Positions 16,587 to 24,514 of a stretch of DNA of 26,020 nt are shown piece by piece. The stretch comes from a virus (taxonomy: Duplodnaviria > Caudoviricetes). The notes below the pieces were generated by a model. The model did no database searches and was not told the DNA's origin. It was given only the letters and a program-made list of their open reading frames with translations. The stretch is taken from positions 1 to 26,020 of the IMG/VR virus record IMGVR_UViG_3300030095_000953, one strand, 5' to 3'. The translations under genes and the position numbers were made by a program. Each line of letters begins with the position of its first letter. Positions within the stretch are counted from its first letter, which is position 1.

Positions 16587-19341
16587 TGTCCACCGAACAG
16601 TCTACGATTATCACGTCAGTAGGAGGGAGGTTCATGTGCGTCCCCTTACTCAAACGTATCTTGGATTTCGTTGCGCCTAACTTACTTTTAAGTTCATTAA
16701 CGAACGCACTGTAGTTTATCTGCTGATCCCCACACCATGCTTTAAGTGGTTTAGGTATCAGAAAAGCCCGCTTTAAGTCTGTCTCGTAACGAGCCACTAG
16801 CTTGCCTCTAGGTAACAACTCAGGAATTATTATCGATTCTTTCTCTCCTTGCTTCCTTAAATCGTCGGTGCTTTTTATCCATAACACGTTACCCCAATGC
16901 TCATTAATATAGTTATTAAGTATCTCTTCTACCGAAGCCCCCATGTCATCGACACCACGCTTGTTCTCATTCAACTGCCCAATTGCCCAACGAAATACAG
17001 CGTTAACGTCATAGTCTACAAGGCCAATACGTTTAGCAATCATCAAACCTGTGATCGTAGTAGAAACTCCTACCGACCAAAAACGATTCTCCGCAGTCAG
17101 TTTTGCTTGGCTATCCACCCTACCTTGTATCTTAGTTAACAGAGCCTTTACTCCCTCAAGGTTCTTCATAATGTACCTAACAAAAGGAACCCCTGCATGA
17201 CCGTAGTTGCTCATCAATGCATTACTAAACTTGTCGGTCTCTTCCTTTGTATCGAACTGTATACGTTTAACACGGCATTCCATGATCCTCTGTGCTTCTG
17301 CTTTAGGCATTGCCTTCAAGATGCTTACCTGCTCAATAAAGCTGGCGTTACCTGTAGTAACTGCTAGTAACCTCCATGATTCACCTCTATGACGCTCGGT
17401 ATTACTGCCACTAGCCATCCTCCCTCTCTGCCTACCGCCAGTTAACTGGTACGCCAGATTACTAAGTTCTTTCCCGTTAGCGTTGGTAAGTTCATCCATA
17501 TACAGTGGTAAGTTATGGTATACCTCACCTCTGTTCATACGAGTATTGTGGGTGTCCCGCTCATGCAGTACCAGATCATCAGGGTTACCCCATATAGAAG
17601 CCCCCGCGTACATAGCGGTAGTCTTACCCACTCCGGTACCTCCATGAAGGTGTAACCCTGCACAATTAATAGGAGAGAGATGCATCAGGACAGAGCCAAA
17701 CCCTGTGCCTAACACGTATTGGTGTAGCTCAAACCCCTCTTTGTCGTAAAAGCTAACGGCACTCTTCCAATCTTCAAGAGAACCTTTAGGTTCAAAAGAA
17801 GGAAATAACCCCGCAGTAGGAGTAGAAGGAGGGTTAAGCTCTGTACGATCCGCGTGTATCTCTTGGTTGCCTAGCACAAAAGTCTTACACTCCTCGCTAG
17901 TCCATCCGAATTGTCGGTGTGCCTCATCTGCTGTGCTGTTAGCTTGCATTTCATTTACCCATGTTGTCGTGTATTGCATTAAATCATCCATCCTTGTTAC
18001 CGCTACACCCTGCATAGACATCTGTTTCCTAAACTCTTCCCGTGAAGTTACGGCTGTAAGAGGTACGGTAAACTCTCGTACACCATCTCTTGGCAAGTGA
18101 AGACGCATGACAATAGCTTCCCCAACTTCCACATCCCGTAACCTACGTACTACATAGATATCGTTATGATATATAAGCTTTTCGTCCAGATCTCCATCTG
18201 CGTTACGGCTACGTGCGTACACCCCACCATTCACCCCTCTAAAATAAGGATTTGGGTACGGTGGTATGACGTAAGTGTTAGTAGGAGTATCCGGTAAATC
18301 AATAGCGGGAGCCTGTACTACGTTATCTTCTTCTGTAGCTTCCCTAGTACGCTGCCCTAATACAATCGGGGATTTGATCTTCCCCCAATGAGGACAGTCT
18401 GTGCATACCCCCGTGTTGTGCTCATCAAAAGACGTGCAAAGGTATGGCCCCTTTATCAAATCAAACTTAATACTGGTCTCTTCTTCTGAGTACTCAGTGT
18501 GGTCACGCGAAATAATGTGAGCCGCCTTCTCCCCGTCAATGCAGAATTTCGCAATAGATAGACCGGCCCGCCACAAAGGTTCTGTAACTTCGTGCTGATT
18601 TTTTACTATATGGTGAAGTTGTTTACACCCTTTACCACTACGAGTCTTTAACAGTATGTCTTTAAAGACACTTTCTTTACCATAATCAGTCGTGTCAGGC
18701 TCTATCTTCGTAGGGGGTGTAATGATGCCGCCCCCTAATTTCTCAGAAAACACATCAAAATTAACTGGAGTTAAACTACCTTTCTCCAGACACGTCACCT
18801 CAGAAGGAGGATCACTCTTGTAGTTATGTGTAGATGGCACCCGTAATATACGAGCAGCGTCTGCTGTCACCGCAGGATCAGCCAATAGTCCATGCTTGGC
18901 ACACTGCTTCTTCAGTGCCTCGGCAACCGGAAGCCAATCGTCAAGACAGGCACGTTCAGTCAACGGCCAGTATGCATGAATGCCACGGCCAGAGTTAACC
19001 ATCAAAGGTTTGGGTAGTGACAACTTACCACAGAATTTCCGTAGCTCGTCTATCGCTTCCCTTCGATTAGCAAAATCCTTACTTGGGCCACAATCCAGAT
19101 CAAGAAAGAATGATTTAAGATACTTTACATTGGTAACCTTGCGAGAGTTATCCTCGTTAAAAGTAGCCAACGCAAAGTATGCATCGTATCCTTGGCTGTC
19201 AAAATCTTCAGCCGCTTGTATCAGAGCATCTATGGAGTCATAGAATTTTTGTACCCTGCGATCATCTTTAGTACGGAACGCAAAAACACAATAATAACCT
19301 TCATCCGATAATACCCCTTTTAGAAACGTATTTGTTTCCAT
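16552..19341 (-). CDS. Primase-helicase: AEP/RepB'-like primase, Cys-rich domain, DUF927/SF3-type helicase
   Basis: FFLDLD, VNSGRGIHAYW and D.ARILRVP.T.NYK primase motifs; Walker A GGTGVGKTT, Walker B PLYMDE, motif C AVTTGN. Start placed at the second ATG (19341) because AGGGA lies 5 nt upstream; the ORF track starts at 19347. Confidence 0.88.
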   Translation of the reverse strand: METNTFLKGVLSDEGYYCVFAFRTKDDRRVQKFYDSIDALIQAAEDFDSQGYDAYFALATFNEDNSRKVTNVKYLKSFFLDLDCGPSKDFANRREAIDELRKFCGKLSLPKPLMVNSGRGIHAYWPLTERACLDDWLPVAEALKKQCAKHGLLADPAVTADAARILRVPSTHNYKSDPPSEVTCLEKGSLTPVNFDVFSEKLGGGIITPPTKIEPDTTDYGKESVFKDILLKTRSGKGCKQLHHIVKNQHEVTEPLWRAGLSIAKFCIDGEKAAHIISRDHTEYSEEETSIKFDLIKGPYLCTSFDEHNTGVCTDCPHWGKIKSPIVLGQRTREATEEDNVVQAPAIDLPDTPTNTYVIPPYPNPYFRGVNGGVYARSRNADGDLDEKLIYHNDIYVVRRLRDVEVGEAIVMRLHLPRDGVREFTVPLTAVTSREEFRKQMSMQGVAVTRMDDLMQYTTTWVNEMQANSTADEAHRQFGWTSEECKTFVLGNQEIHADRTELNPPSTPTAGLFPSFEPKGSLEDWKSAVSFYDKEGFELHQYVLGTGFGSVLMHLSPINCAGLHLHGGTGVGKTTAMYAGASIWGNPDDLVLHERDTHNTRMNRGEVYHNLPLYMDELTNANGKELSNLAYQLTGGRQRGRMASGSNTERHRGESWRLLAVTTGNASFIEQVSILKAMPKAEAQRIMECRVKRIQFDTKEETDKFSNALMSNYGHAGVPFVRYIMKNLEGVKALLTKIQGRVDSQAKLTAENRFWSVGVSTTITGLMIAKRIGLVDYDVNAVFRWAIGQLNENKRGVDDMGASVEEILNNYINEHWGNVLWIKSTDDLRKQGEKESIIIPELLPRGKLVARYETDLKRAFLIPKPLKAWCGDQQINYSAFVNELKSKLGATKSKIRLSKGTHMNLPPTDVIIVDCSVDNENAAGSVEDV

Positions 19342-19365
19342 AGTCATCCCTAAAAAACGCAGAGG

Positions 19366-19401
19366 TATATGTTAGGGTAGCATTAACTACCCCCACATAC
19401 A
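19366..19401 (-). promoter_or_regulatory. Intergenic stem-loop between the exo-SSB and primase genes
   Basis: Core GGGTAG-CATTAA-CTACCC (19375-19392) extended by TATGT/ACATA; roughly 14-15 bp on the minus-strand RNA with G-U pairs; a T6 run follows about 10 nt downstream, next to the primase RBS. Confidence 0.6.
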
Positions 19402-19415
19402 TCAAGAGGTTGTTG

Positions 19416-20156
19416 TTAATCGTCCCATTCATCGATGATATCTGATAAGTCATCGTCTTTCTTGGGCGCAGCCTTTTTAACAGTCTTCTTGACTACTTTT
19501 TTAGGCTCTTTAACTTCCTCTTCTTCAACATCAAACTCGTCAACTTCGTCTACGGTCTCGGCAACAGCTTCTGGTTCTTCAGCAAAAGGATTGTCATCCT
19601 TCTCCACGGTAAACCCATCCACTTCACCGAACAAGTTATCCTCCTCCATCGGAAGATACTTAGTCACCTGTACCCCTTTGAGACGTAGCTTAACGCCGTG
19701 GTTACCCTGCATCTCCCAAGGAGAAAGATTTACAGCAACATTCACAGTGCTTCCCGAAGTCAACAAAAAATCATCTGCTAACTTAGTACCCTTTGCGTCA
19801 ACTTGAGATGGCTTCCGGGTAGGCTCACCTTTGTAGGCACCGGCAATACCTGCCTTACCTATATATAGTCCAGTATGCTTACCATCAACCATGTCTTTTT
19901 TGAAAGGGTTTGGGAACTTATCGGGCCATCCCTTACCTTCACCTTCTGCTCGGAAAGCCAATACCATATCCTTTAATAATTCTTGGGCTTTCTCTTTAGT
20001 TATTTTAAATGATAACTCGTAGCTAGATCCCGCCTCCAGTGGCGCACACGGTACACTCTTACCCTTGCCTTCGTTCGCATTGCTGTCGAATCGGTAGGTT
20101 TGGTTAATTTTCGGAAACAATGCTTCCACGTCTTTAATAAAATATGCATCTGCCAT
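19416..20156 (-). other. Possible nested in-frame SSB product (246 aa) from an internal ATG
   Basis: ATG at 20156 (codon 270) sits at the apparent domain boundary, preceded by AGGGA at 10-nt spacing. Confidence 0.55.
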
Positions 20157-20963
20157 ATCGTCTATATCCCTATCTGTATTTTGTGTTTTCAACCACTCCG
20201 GTAGAGTGATTATGTTTACTGAAGGCCACCCCGTACTGTAGTGTTTTTCTTCCTTCGCTTCTTTTATCTGGCGCAAAGTCTTCCTCATCTGGCATAAGCC
20301 AAATTCAAGTACTTCAGGAGCCAGAGTGTGTATCTGAACTGCGAAAGGAGGTTCTTTTTCAACCGCTAGAAAACTAAATTCCTTAGCGGGTATCCCTTCC
20401 AATCCTAACACATAGTTATAAAATGCGCCTTGGATGTGGTATCCCAATTGAAAGACCTGTTTTGCAAACCCACGGTCACTTGGGGATGCATCCCTTGTTG
20501 TCTTTAAATCTAGTACCACCCCTTTATTCGCTATAAACAAGTCAGGACGTACTTTAAGTTCTAGCCCCGTCTCAGGGTCTATATTAAATATACTTGCTTC
20601 CTTCACTGCCCTTCTGTCGTTAATCAAAAGTGCGGCATCGGGATTGTCCATAACACTTGCGGCTATAGTTTGGCACATCTCATAATCCGGTTGGGTGAGC
20701 AATGTCATCCCATTCCTATCAGCTTGTTCCTTTGCGTCAGTCCAAGCCTTACCACGCCTTGACTCTGGCCCACAGATTATTAACTTCTTATCTGGTTCCA
20801 AAACCATTGCATGAACCGCTGTCCCTACGCTTAAAGCAGGTGTCTCCTTGTGTTGCCCCTTATGCCAATGCAATAAGGACTTCATGTGGACTTCTTTAAC
20901 TGCTGAACTGCCTATCGCAGGGTGAGCATGGTATTCTTCATTTGATATCTCGCGTGATAACAT
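19416..20963 (-). CDS. Fusion ORF (515 aa): RecE/exonuclease VIII-like PD-(D/E)XK domain plus T7 gp2.5-like ssDNA-binding protein
   Basis: N-half: SNEEYH, GTAVHAMVLEP, KVRPD, VLDLKTT, YHIQGAFY, FLAVEKEPP, ITLPEW. C-half from M270: GSTVNV...GNHGVKLRLKGVQV then an acidic tail ending DIIDEWDD. No stop between them. Confidence 0.82.
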   Translation of the reverse strand: MLSREISNEEYHAHPAIGSSAVKEVHMKSLLHWHKGQHKETPALSVGTAVHAMVLEPDKKLIICGPESRRGKAWTDAKEQADRNGMTLLTQPDYEMCQTIAASVMDNPDAALLINDRRAVKEASIFNIDPETGLELKVRPDLFIANKGVVLDLKTTRDASPSDRGFAKQVFQLGYHIQGAFYNYVLGLEGIPAKEFSFLAVEKEPPFAVQIHTLAPEVLEFGLCQMRKTLRQIKEAKEEKHYSTGWPSVNIITLPEWLKTQNTDRDIDDMADAYFIKDVEALFPKINQTYRFDSNANEGKGKSVPCAPLEAGSSYELSFKITKEKAQELLKDMVLAFRAEGEGKGWPDKFPNPFKKDMVDGKHTGLYIGKAGIAGAYKGEPTRKPSQVDAKGTKLADDFLLTSGSTVNVAVNLSPWEMQGNHGVKLRLKGVQVTKYLPMEEDNLFGEVDGFTVEKDDNPFAEEPEAVAETVDEVDEFDVEEEEVKEPKKVVKKTVKKAAPKKDDDLSDIIDEWDD

Positions 20964-20965
20964 AT

Positions 20966-21226
20966 CTACACGTCGTTATCTATGTCATTGTCACCTGCAA
21001 ACAAGAAATCGTGCTCATGTTGCTCTGCTTCTAAATTCACAGGATCTTCTTTATTAGGTAGCAACGCACTCTCTACCGTAGACACTCTAAACCGATAGGT
21101 GTTACCTACCTTTATATAAGACTCAACGGGTATGCGTTTTGTGCGATACCATGATCTTATCGTAGGCACTGAAACAGAAAAGTGTTTTGCCAGTGTTTCT
21201 ATCGGAACAAAAGGTTCCTCGTTCAT
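20966..21226 (-). CDS. Helix-turn-helix DNA-binding protein (excisionase/MerR-like HTH)
   Basis: IETLAKHFSVSVPTIRSWYRTKRIP...IKVGNTYRFRVSTVE winged-HTH pattern; acidic tail; ATGA overlap with the upstream gene; GAGGA RBS. Confidence 0.82.
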   Translation of the reverse strand: MNEEPFVPIETLAKHFSVSVPTIRSWYRTKRIPVESYIKVGNTYRFRVSTVESALLPNKEDPVNLEAEQHEHDFLFAGDNDIDNDV

Positions 21227-21612
21227 TTCGCTTTCCTCACGCTGATTGTGTGTTCCTTCCTTACACTTAACCCTTTCGGTACTAACTCAGGGTTATCCTC
21301 CAAGAATTCTTGTATGTTGCCTTGATGCAACCGCTTCTCAAAAAACTCTGTAACGCCATGCTCTAAAACAAACTCTCTTAACGAGTCCCAATCATCTGTC
21401 CAATAACTAGTCTTGTCCGTTACAGATAACGATCCCTCCGGTGTCTTTAGCCCGTTTAAATTATTCTCTTCACAAAAATTAAGTAGCTGACGCTTTACTT
21501 CATCTAACTTGGCTGATAGCTTCCCATCTGCCACATCGTACTTCTCTCTCAACTCGTTCCTACCATTACGGATGTCTATATACCGCTTAATTAAGTCTCT
21601 GATCTTTAACAT
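21223..21612 (-). CDS. Conserved phage replication-module protein (129 aa; coiled-coil then KTPEG...DWD...EKR)
   Basis: Clean ORF directly after a promoter-like element; the pattern resembles Gam/Gp157-like small proteins found between helicase and SSB genes; function not assignable. Confidence 0.7.
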   Translation of the reverse strand: MLKIRDLIKRYIDIRNGRNELREKYDVADGKLSAKLDEVKRQLLNFCEENNLNGLKTPEGSLSVTDKTSYWTDDWDSLREFVLEHGVTEFFEKRLHQGNIQEFLEDNPELVPKGLSVRKEHTISVRKAK

Positions 21613-21619
21613 GCGGTGT

Positions 21620-21648
21620 AGTTTAGTGAGGGATTATACGTTAGTCAA
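21620..21648 (-). promoter_or_regulatory. Sigma70-type promoter TTGACT-N17-TAAACT
   Basis: -35 at 21648-21643 (overlaps the end of the helicase gene), exact 17-nt spacer, -10 at 21625-21620; lies in one of the few intergenic gaps. Confidence 0.65.
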
Positions 21649-23176
21649 GAATTTCTTTATATAAGTCTATCATTTTTGTGTGTACGTCAATTCTGTTATC
21701 AAGTAGTGAGTAAACACGCTTTTCTATGTACGACCCTTCTAACTGAACCACTGTACACTTATGGTCTTGCCCTGCTCGATGCACCCTAGCGTTTGCTTGG
21801 GCGTAGGTTTCTAAAGAGCTAGTCGGCCCCCACCATACTACCGTGTTAGCTGCCGTAAGTGTTACCCCGTGGGCTGCTGCCTGTGGCTGTATCACTAGTA
21901 CTTTCGGGTCGGGGGTTGTTTGGAATTGTTTAAATATTGCAGTTCTTTTAGGTGCAGACACATCACCACGAATAACTTCTGTAGTGATACCATCCTTCCT
22001 CAGTTTGCTCGTAAGTATATCAATCACATGTTTGAACGGTACAAAGACTAAGACTTTCTTACTAGACTCATCGATTACTTCCCGTAGCACTTTATATCTG
22101 TGCTTGATATCAAACTCCAATGCCTCCCCTTCGTCTGTATACACAGCCCCTGCTGATATCTGAAGAAGTTTGTTCATATTCACTGCTGCGTTAATGGATG
22201 TTACCTGCTCCCCTCCCATGTTCAGAACCATCTTACTTTTAAGCTCGTCGTAGTACGCCTTCTGCTGACGAGTCAACTCAACCTTCCGTTTCACATAAGT
22301 CATGGCAGGGAGATCCATGCATTGATCTTTAGTAAACCGTATGGCCGGTTGCAATGCGTTAAAGACTCTATCAGTTGCGTCCTCTTTAGGTATCCATCTA
22401 AAGTTAGTGATCTTGTACATCACCTGATCCCTAAAAGAACCAAAGAATCTAGGTACTGAATTTGGATTGACCAATTTGGCCAGACCAAATGCATCTAATG
22501 GCGATTGGGCAGCGGGGGTTCCGGTCATCATCCACAACCAAGTAGACGGAGTGACTAACTTGTTAAGGGCTTTCCAACGCTTAGTCTGAGCGTTCTTGTA
22601 GTGTGTTGCCTCGTCTGCAATGATTAAATCGAAGCCACCATTGGCTATCTCATTAAAGACAATCTCTATACCGTCATAGTTTATAATGACGTATTCAGCA
22701 CCGTTGTTGATTATTTCTTTACGTTTCTTAGCCGCACCGTACGCTATATCTACTGACCGATGTGGCGCAAAATCAAATAAATCTGCCCTCCACGCACTAT
22801 CCATAATAGAAAGAGGGCATATGATTAACACTCTCTTGATGCGTTTTTGTTCCATCAAGAAGTCAGAGGCCCATATTGCACTAGCGGTTTTGCCTGTCCC
22901 CTGTTCGTTGAAACAGAACGATCTTCTGTTAAGGGTTAGAAAAGAGGAAGTAGTCCGTTGATGAGAGAAAGGTTTATACTTACCGGGCCAACCGTAAAGA
23001 CCTTCAATAGGTGATGGTACGTTAATATTTAAATTCTTTAGGACGTGGCTCTCTTCCACACCCCAATTAACAAGTACTTTGTTATCAGGTAATTGTTTAC
23101 TTTTAGGTATTACGGTTGTAACTTTTTGAGGGTTTCTTAGTTTTAATAGTACTGCTCTGTTGTCAACTATCTTCAT
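21641..23176 (-). CDS. SNF2-family (SF2) helicase/ATPase
   Basis: NEQGTGKT, IIADEATH, MMTGTP, HGVTLT and QANARVHRAGQ motifs. Confidence 0.92.
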   Translation of the reverse strand: MKIVDNRAVLLKLRNPQKVTTVIPKSKQLPDNKVLVNWGVEESHVLKNLNINVPSPIEGLYGWPGKYKPFSHQRTTSSFLTLNRRSFCFNEQGTGKTASAIWASDFLMEQKRIKRVLIICPLSIMDSAWRADLFDFAPHRSVDIAYGAAKKRKEIINNGAEYVIINYDGIEIVFNEIANGGFDLIIADEATHYKNAQTKRWKALNKLVTPSTWLWMMTGTPAAQSPLDAFGLAKLVNPNSVPRFFGSFRDQVMYKITNFRWIPKEDATDRVFNALQPAIRFTKDQCMDLPAMTYVKRKVELTRQQKAYYDELKSKMVLNMGGEQVTSINAAVNMNKLLQISAGAVYTDEGEALEFDIKHRYKVLREVIDESSKKVLVFVPFKHVIDILTSKLRKDGITTEVIRGDVSAPKRTAIFKQFQTTPDPKVLVIQPQAAAHGVTLTAANTVVWWGPTSSLETYAQANARVHRAGQDHKCTVVQLEGSYIEKRVYSLLDNRIDVHTKMIDLYKEILD

Positions 23177-23460
23177 TAAGTCCTTCTCTTCCTTGGTTTC
23201 TGCCCGTTGTTAGAACGGTTCTTGCTACGACTCGATATCCTGTAACCGTCTTTGTTGGTGCCACCACTACGTAAAGGTTTATTGTGAGCTACGTCTTTAC
23301 CTTCTCGCTTGTCGGCTACACCGTTCTTATTTTTATCCCCGCCTGTTTTCTTAGCTTTCTTGTCTAACTCACGTCTGGCACGTTGCCTCTCCATCCGATC
23401 CGCGTGTTCACCGCGCTTCTTTTGAGTCTTGTATTCTTGCTTGTAATCCCTACGCCTCAT
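23176..23460 (-). CDS. Small basic HNH-like protein (94 aa)
   Basis: Start revised to 23460 (TAATG overlap with the nuclease stop, GGAG upstream). RDYKQEY...R.RARR...KDVAH.KPL..GG.N...S...NRS is a degenerate HNH pattern. Confidence 0.7.
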   Translation of the reverse strand: MRRRDYKQEYKTQKKRGEHADRMERQRARRELDKKAKKTGGDKNKNGVADKREGKDVAHNKPLRSGGTNKDGYRISSRSKNRSNNGQKPRKRRT

Positions 23461-24125
23461 TAATTTCTCCCGTTGTGATGACATTCCAATACTGCACAAT
23501 GCCTTTTGCATAAGCCGCTTGGGTGTGCATTCCAAGTATCAGACTCATACGCCTTCTCCATCCTCGCAAAATCAGACAACCATTTCTCCCAGAGGGAAGG
23601 TGCATCTTCTTCGTTATAGGTATCCCTGATAAACTCATTGGACACTACAAATAGTAACCCAGCCCTGACTTTCTTGACCGTAGGGAAATGTTTAAACATA
23701 GCTAAAGCCATAAGCTCCAGTTGGCCCTTATCAGCGTACCGCGCTGACTTCCCCGTTTTGTAGTCAACTACCCAAGCCAATTCACTGTCCAAGATTATAA
23801 GGTCGGCTATGCCGCGCCACCACACATTTTCACTATTAAAACCACAAGGCTCTAAATTTTCCGTTAGCCCCATTTTATATTCACATAACCTGTTACCACG
23901 CTTGTCCTTCAATGCATCGATAGCCCCTTGTGCATAAGAGAACCTAGCGGGGAGTGGTACGTGATCCCTGACATGATGCTCTGCGCTACTGTGAAAGTCG
24001 TTCCCATAATGCATCGCCTCTGTTTGAGGTTCTTCGTAGTCCTTCGCTACCTTCAAATGGTAGAACTGTTTAGGGCATTGCTCAAAGGACTTTATCCTAC
24101 TGTACGACCACGGTGCTGCACTCAT
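23460..24125 (-). CDS. PD-(D/E)XK nuclease, Cas4/AddB-like (221 aa)
   Basis: Start revised to 24125 (MSAAPWSYS, ATGA overlap). WSYS..K.FEQCP, G...H, RGIADL, VVDYKTG, QL and C-terminal LCKRHC....C. Confidence 0.87.
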   Translation of the reverse strand: MSAAPWSYSRIKSFEQCPKQFYHLKVAKDYEEPQTEAMHYGNDFHSSAEHHVRDHVPLPARFSYAQGAIDALKDKRGNRLCEYKMGLTENLEPCGFNSENVWWRGIADLIILDSELAWVVDYKTGKSARYADKGQLELMALAMFKHFPTVKKVRAGLLFVVSNEFIRDTYNEEDAPSLWEKWLSDFARMEKAYESDTWNAHPSGLCKRHCAVLECHHNGRN

Positions 24126-24271
24126 ATGTGTATCTTGTTCATCACAATCACATAGTCCTGTGGCGGGATCTTTAGCTGAGTGCATATACGAAGTTGTTTA
24201 GCAGTCATATCACTCACTTGCTTTTTCATAACGGCCTTTCTTTTCCGGTTCTGTTTCTCGGTTAATTCCAT
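24122..24271 (-). CDS. Small basic protein (49 aa), absent from the ORF track
   Basis: MELTEKQNRKRKAVMKKQVSDMTAKQLRICTQLKIPPQDYVIVMNKIHI*. ATG directly after the upstream TAG, GGAGG 5 nt upstream, stop overlapping the nuclease ATG (ATGA); fills the gap exactly. Confidence 0.75.
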   Translation of the reverse strand: MELTEKQNRKRKAVMKKQVSDMTAKQLRICTQLKIPPQDYVIVMNKIHI

Positions 24272-24514
24272 CTATGCCTCCATGCTCTCCGAAGGAGCGT
24301 TGCTGTCATTAAACGCCTGTATCTCGCCCTTATTAGGAATCCAGAATACATCTCTCCCTAACTTAATATCATGTATTGTTTTTACAATAGCGAATTCAAT
24401 ATTAGGAAACTTCTCAACATGCAATTCTTTCGCTAAGTAAGCATCCTGTACCGAGTCATAGTGTCCATCTATGTAAGGTGTTCCCAGAAACAATATGTCG
24501 TATTTACCGTTCAT
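24272..24514 (-). CDS. Hypothetical protein (80 aa)
   Basis: GGAGGT 7 nt upstream; 11-nt overlap with the upstream gene; co-oriented. Confidence 0.7.
   Translation of the reverse strand: MNGKYDILFLGTPYIDGHYDSVQDAYLAKELHVEKFPNIEFAIVKTIHDIKLGRDVFWIPNKGEIQAFNDSNAPSESMEA

Noticed and set aside
21633-21648. TTGACT paired with the perfect TATAAT as one promoter
   Set aside because: Only 4 nt apart; TTGACT pairs at 17 nt with TAAACT instead.
23461-23535. N-terminal extension of the HNH-like ORF in the track
   Set aside because: Overlaps the nuclease C-terminus; the ATG at 23460 has an RBS and TAATG coupling.
24126-24185. N-terminal extension MHSAKDPATGLCDCD of the nuclease
   Set aside because: Lies within the 49-aa gene in another frame; the family motif begins at WSYS just after M at 24125.
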